From assembly GCF_009914755.1 (NCBI RefSeq), contig NC_060940.1: a DNA stretch of 64,000 nt. The stretch is one strand, 5' to 3'. A program made the translations under genes and the position numbers. Within the stretch, counting starts at the first letter, position 1. Each line of letters begins with the position of its first letter. The notes below the pieces were generated by a model. It was not told the DNA's origin and did no database searches. It worked only from the letters and a program-made list of their open reading frames with translations. Of this stretch, positions 59,641-64,000 are shown piece after piece. Source of the stretch: the human T2T-CHM13v2.0 reference genome, Homo sapiens.

Positions 59641-62600
59641 CTATGATACCATTCGATTCCATTCAATGATGATTCCACTCAAATCCATTGGATGATTCCA
59701 TTCGTGTCCATTCGGTGATTTCATTAGATTCCATTCGAGGATGATTCCTTTCGATTCCATTCGATGATTCCATTCAATTCCATTCGATGATGATTCCATT
59801 CGAGTCCATATGATCATTCCATTTGATTTCATTCGATGATGATTCCATTCGATTCCATTCGATGATTCCATTCTATTCCTTTCAATGATGATTCCATTCG
59901 AGTCCATTCGATGATTCCATTCGAGTCCATTTAATGATTCCATTGGGTTCAATTCAATGATGATTACATTGGATTCCTTTCTACGATTCCATTCAATTCC
60001 GTTCATTGACAATTTGATTCCATTCGATGATGATTCCATTTGAGTTCATTCGATGATTCTATTCGATTCTCTTCGATGGTGATTCAATTCTATTATATTG
60101 GATGATGCCATTCGATTCCATTTGATGTTGATTCAATTCGATTCTATTCGATGATGATTCCATTGGATTTCACTTGATGATTCTATTCGATTCCATTCAA
60201 TGATGATTCACTTCTCGTCCATTGGATGGTTCCATTTCATTCCATTCGATGATGATTCCATTTGATTCCTTTCGATGATTCCATTTGATTCCATTCGACG
60301 GTGAGCAATTCGATTCAATTCCATGATGATTCTATTTGATTCAATTAGATGATGTTTCCATTCGAATCCATTCCATGATTATTCCATTGGAATCCATTCG
60401 GCGATGATTCCATATGAGTCAATTCAATGATGATTCCATATGGGTCCGTTCGATGATAATTCCATTTGATTTCATTCGATGCTTCTATTCAATTCCAGTT
60501 GATGATGATTCCGTTGGAGTCCATACGATGATTCCATTTGATTTCATTTGATGATGATTCCATTCGATTCCATTCGATGATGATTACATTGGATTCCATT
60601 CTATGATTCCATTCAATTCCATTCGTTGATGATTCAATTCCATTCAATGATGATTCCATTTGAGTTCATTCGATGATTCTATTCGATTCCATTCGATGGT
60701 GATTCAATTCTCTTATATTGGATGATTCCACTCGATTCCATTTGATGATTATTCCATTGGAGTCCACTTAGTGAATCCTTTAGATTCTACTCGAAGATGA
60801 TTCCATTCGAGTCCATTCGATGATACCATTCAATTCCATTCGTTGATGCTTCCATTCAAGTGCATTCGATGATATCATTCGATTCCATTTGATGATAATT
60901 CCATTTGATTCCATGCGATGATTCTATTCGATTCCATTCAATGATAATTCCATTCAATTCAGTGATTCCTCTGGACTCCATTTGATGATGATTCCATTCA
61001 ATGATTCCATTCGATTCTATTCGAAAATGATTCCATTTGAATCCATTTGATGATGATTCCATTAGATTCCATTTGATGATTCTATTCGATTCCATTCGAC
61101 GATGATTCCATTCGATTCCATTTGATGATTCCATTCTATTCTATTCGATGATGATTCCATTCGATTCCATTCGATGATGATTGGATTCGATTCCATTTGA
61201 TGATTTCATTTGATTCCATTCGATAATGATTTTGATCAATTCCATTCGATGATTCCATTCGATTCCATTCGATAATGATTACATCCGAGTCCATTCGATG
61301 ATTCCATTTGAGCCCGTTCGATAATTCCATTTGAGTTCAATCAATGATTGCATTCATTTCCATTCAATGATTCCATTCGAGTCCATTTGATCATTCCGGT
61401 AGGGTCCGTTCGATGTTGATTCCATTGGAGTGCATTCGATGATTCCATTCGAGTCCATTTTATGATTTGGTTCGAGTCCTTTCGATGATTCCATTCGATT
61501 CCACTCGATGATGATTTCATTCGAGTCCATTCGACACTTCCAATCGATTCCATTTGATGTTTCCTTTCGAGTCCAATTGATGATTCCATTCAATTCCATT
61601 CGATGATGATTCCGTACGATTCCACTCTGTGATGATTCCAAGTGATTGCATTCAATGATGATTCCTTTCGATTGCATTCGATTATGATTCATTTCGTGTT
61701 CATTCTATGGTTCCACAGGTTTCCATTCGTGTCCATTCCATTATTCCATTCTATTCCATTTGATGATGATTCCCTTCGATTCCATTCATTGGTGATTCCA
61801 CTCAATTCCATTCAATGATTCCATTCCATTTCTTTCAACAATGATTCCATTAGTTTCTAATCGATGATCCACTTGATTCCATTTGACGACGATTCCATTC
61901 TTGTCCATTCGATGATTCCATTTGATTCCATATGATGATGATTCCATTCGATTCCATACGATGGTGATTCCATTCGAGTCCATTCAATGGTGATTCCATT
62001 CAATTCTATTCGAAGATTCCTTTCGATTCCATTCGATGATGATGGCATTCGATTCCTTTCAATCATTCCCTTTGATTCCATTCAAAGGTGATTTCATTCA
62101 AGTCCATTCGATAATTGCATTCGATTCCATTCTATGATGATTCCATTCGAGTACATTTGATGATTCCATTCAATTCAAGTCAATGATGATTCCATTCGAT
62201 TCCATTCGATGATTCCATTTGATTCCATTCGATGATGATTCCATTCAAATCCATTCGATAATTCAATTCAAGTCCATTCGATGATGATTCCAATCGAATC
62301 CATTCAAAGGTTCCATTCAGTTCCATTCGATGATTCCCTTAGATTTCATTCGATGATTCCACTTGATTCCATTTACGATGATTCCATTCGATTCCATGTG
62401 ATGATTCCATTCAATTCTATTCAATGATGTCTCCATTTGATTCCATTCGACCATGATTGCCTTTGATTCCATTCAATGATTCCATTCGTTTCCTTTTGAT
62501 GATGATTCCGTTCGATTCCATTTGATGATTCCATTTGATTCCATTGGATGAGTCCATTCGATTACATTCGATGATTATTCCATTCGAGTGCATTAGATGA

Positions 62601-64000
62601 TTCCATTCGAGTCCATTCGATGATTCCATTCGATTCCATTCGATGTTGATTCTGTTCAAATCCATTCGATGATTCCACTCGATTCCATTCGATGACTCCA
62701 TTTGATCCCATTCGATGATTTCCTGTGATTCCCTTTGATGATCATTCCATTTGATTCAATTCGGTGATTTCATTTGATTCCATTCAGTGATGTTTCCATT
62801 CGACTCCATTCGATGATGATTCCATTCGACTCCATTCGATTATGATTTCATTCAATTCCATTCGATAATGATTCCCTTCGAGTCCATTCGATGATTCCAT
62901 TCGATTCCATTCAACGATGATTTGATTCGTGTCCATTCGATGATTCCATTTGATTCCACTTGATGATGATTCCATTCGAGTCCATTTGATGATTCCATTC
63001 AATTCCATTCTCCGATGATTTCTTTTGAGCCCACTCAATGCTTCCACTCGATTCCATATGATGATGACTCCATTCGATGAAATTCGATGATGATTCCATT
63101 CGCTTGCTTTCGATGATGATTCCACTTGAGTCCGTTAGAAGATTCTATTCAATTACATTCCATGACGATTCCGTTCGAGTCCATTTGATGATTCCATTAG
63201 ACTCCATTCGACGATGATTCCATTCGATGTTATTCGATGATTCCATTCGATCTCATTCGTTGATGATACCATTCAACTCCATTCGATGTTTCCATTCGAG
63301 TTCATTCTATTATTCCATTAGATTCCATTCGATGATGATTCCATTCGATTCCATTTGATGATTGCATTCTATTTCATTTGATGATGATTCCATTCGAGTC
63401 CACTCGATGATTCCATTCGAGTCCATTTAATGAATCCATTGGTTTCAATTCTATGATGATTACATTGGATTCCATTCGTTGATGATTTCATTCGTTTCCA
63501 TTCAATGATGATTCTATTCAATTCCTTTCAATGTTTCCTTTCAATTCCATACGATGATGATTCCATTTGATATGATTCGACAGTGAGCCATTCGATTCAT
63601 TTCCATGATGATTCTATTTGATTCAATTGGTTGACATTTCCATTCGATTCCATTCGATGATGATTCCCTTTGATTCCATTCAAAGATGATTCCATTCTAG
63701 CCCATTCAATCATTCCATTCGATTCTATTCAATGATGATTCCATTCATGTCGATTTGGTGATTCCATTTGACTTCATTTGATGATGATTCCTTTCAAGTT
63801 CATTAGATGATTCCATTCGATTCCATTTGATGATGATCCCATTCGAGTCCATTCAGTGATTCCATTCGTTTCCATTCCATGATGATTCCATTCCATTCCA
63901 TGCAATGATTCCATTCGATTCCGTTTGATGATGATTTCATTCGAGTCCATTTGATGATTCCATTTGATTCCATTCGATGATGATTCCATTCGAGTCCATT
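59641..64000 (+). repeat. Unit U12, partial 6,122-type copy cut by the window end
   Basis: Landmarks at offsets 1215/2776/3143/4133, the same as U8 and U10. Confidence 0.88.

Larger units (their letters stand above)
1..64000 (+). repeat. Human satellite II (HSat2/HSATII) pericentromeric array, CATTC-rich strand on +; likely the HSat2B ~6.1-kb-unit array (16q11.2)
   Basis: Continuous degenerate 23/26-bp monomers ATTCCATTCGATTCCATTCGATG(ATG) and ATTCCATTCGAGTCCATTCGATG, dense in TCGA and GANTC sites. No non-satellite interruption seen. The 6,112-bp periodicity is measured from identical landmarks (ORF starts 12340, 18452, 24564, 30676). The chr16/HSat2B label comes from recalled unit length, not from an alignment. 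Confidence 0.97.
33661..64000 (+). repeat. Heterogeneous, rearranged domain of 6,122-bp-type units and deletion variants
   Basis: Unit lengths are 3346, 6122, 4953, 6122 and 5017. There are visibly more substitutions between units, and a different set of shared alleles from the left domain. Confidence 0.9.

Noticed and set aside
165-63989. Numerous minus-strand ORFs of 60-132 aa (MESSSNGIEWNHRM...)
   Set aside because: These are direct translations of the GGAATCGAAT/ATCATC repeat. They overlap in several frames, are low-complexity, open and close with single substitutions between units, and show no domain or gene structure.
1-64000. CRISPR-like regular 23/26-bp repeats
   Set aside because: There are no unique spacers, leader or cas genes; the monomers are contiguous degenerate satellite.
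1-64000. HSat3, alpha satellite or telomeric repeat assignment
   Set aside because: Pure (CATTC)n runs are at most about three copies, and CATTCGATTC/GAGTC with ATG spacers dominates. No 171-bp monomer or TTAGGG arrays were seen.
63900-64000. Possible third copy of the 1,618-bp deletion at the window end
   Set aside because: The window stops inside the homology tract. The CCATGCAATG allele here also occurs in undeleted U9 and U11, and the CCAATTG allele linked to the deletion is absent, so it cannot be decided.
1-64000. A novel gene-encoded or RNA-encoded biological system
   Set aside because: Every base I could examine is accounted for by satellite units. The only novelty supportable is in repeat architecture and evolution.

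Overview
The whole 64-kb window is one uninterrupted, single-orientation array of classical human-type satellite II (HSat2/HSATII). It is built from CATTCGATTC-derived 23- and 26-bp monomers such as ATTCCATTCGATTCCATTCGATG(ATG) and ATTCCATTCGAGTCCATTCGATG. The monomers are nested in a long repeat unit of 6,112 or 6,122 bp, which matches the ~6.1-kb unit I recall for the HSat2B array at chr16q11.2; that locus assignment is inferred. No gene, RNA gene, transposon or CRISPR array is supportable, and the ORF track is a translation artefact of the GGAAT-rich strand, useful here only as a ruler. With unit starts set at 165, the units are U1 6112, U2 6063, U3 6112, U4 6112, U5 6112, U6 3405, U7 3346, U8 6122, U9 4953, U10 6122, U11 5017 and a partial U12. 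The real interest is architectural. At ~33.66 kb a homogeneous 6,112-bp domain switches sharply to a more heterogeneous, rearranged 6,122-bp domain that more often carries consensus-like alleles. In-register deletions recur (1,618 bp twice, 1,158 bp twice), and variant-defined duplication tracts occur at offsets of 3,346, 11,139, ~18,300 and 22,214 bp. I see no evidence of a novel protein-coding or RNA system.
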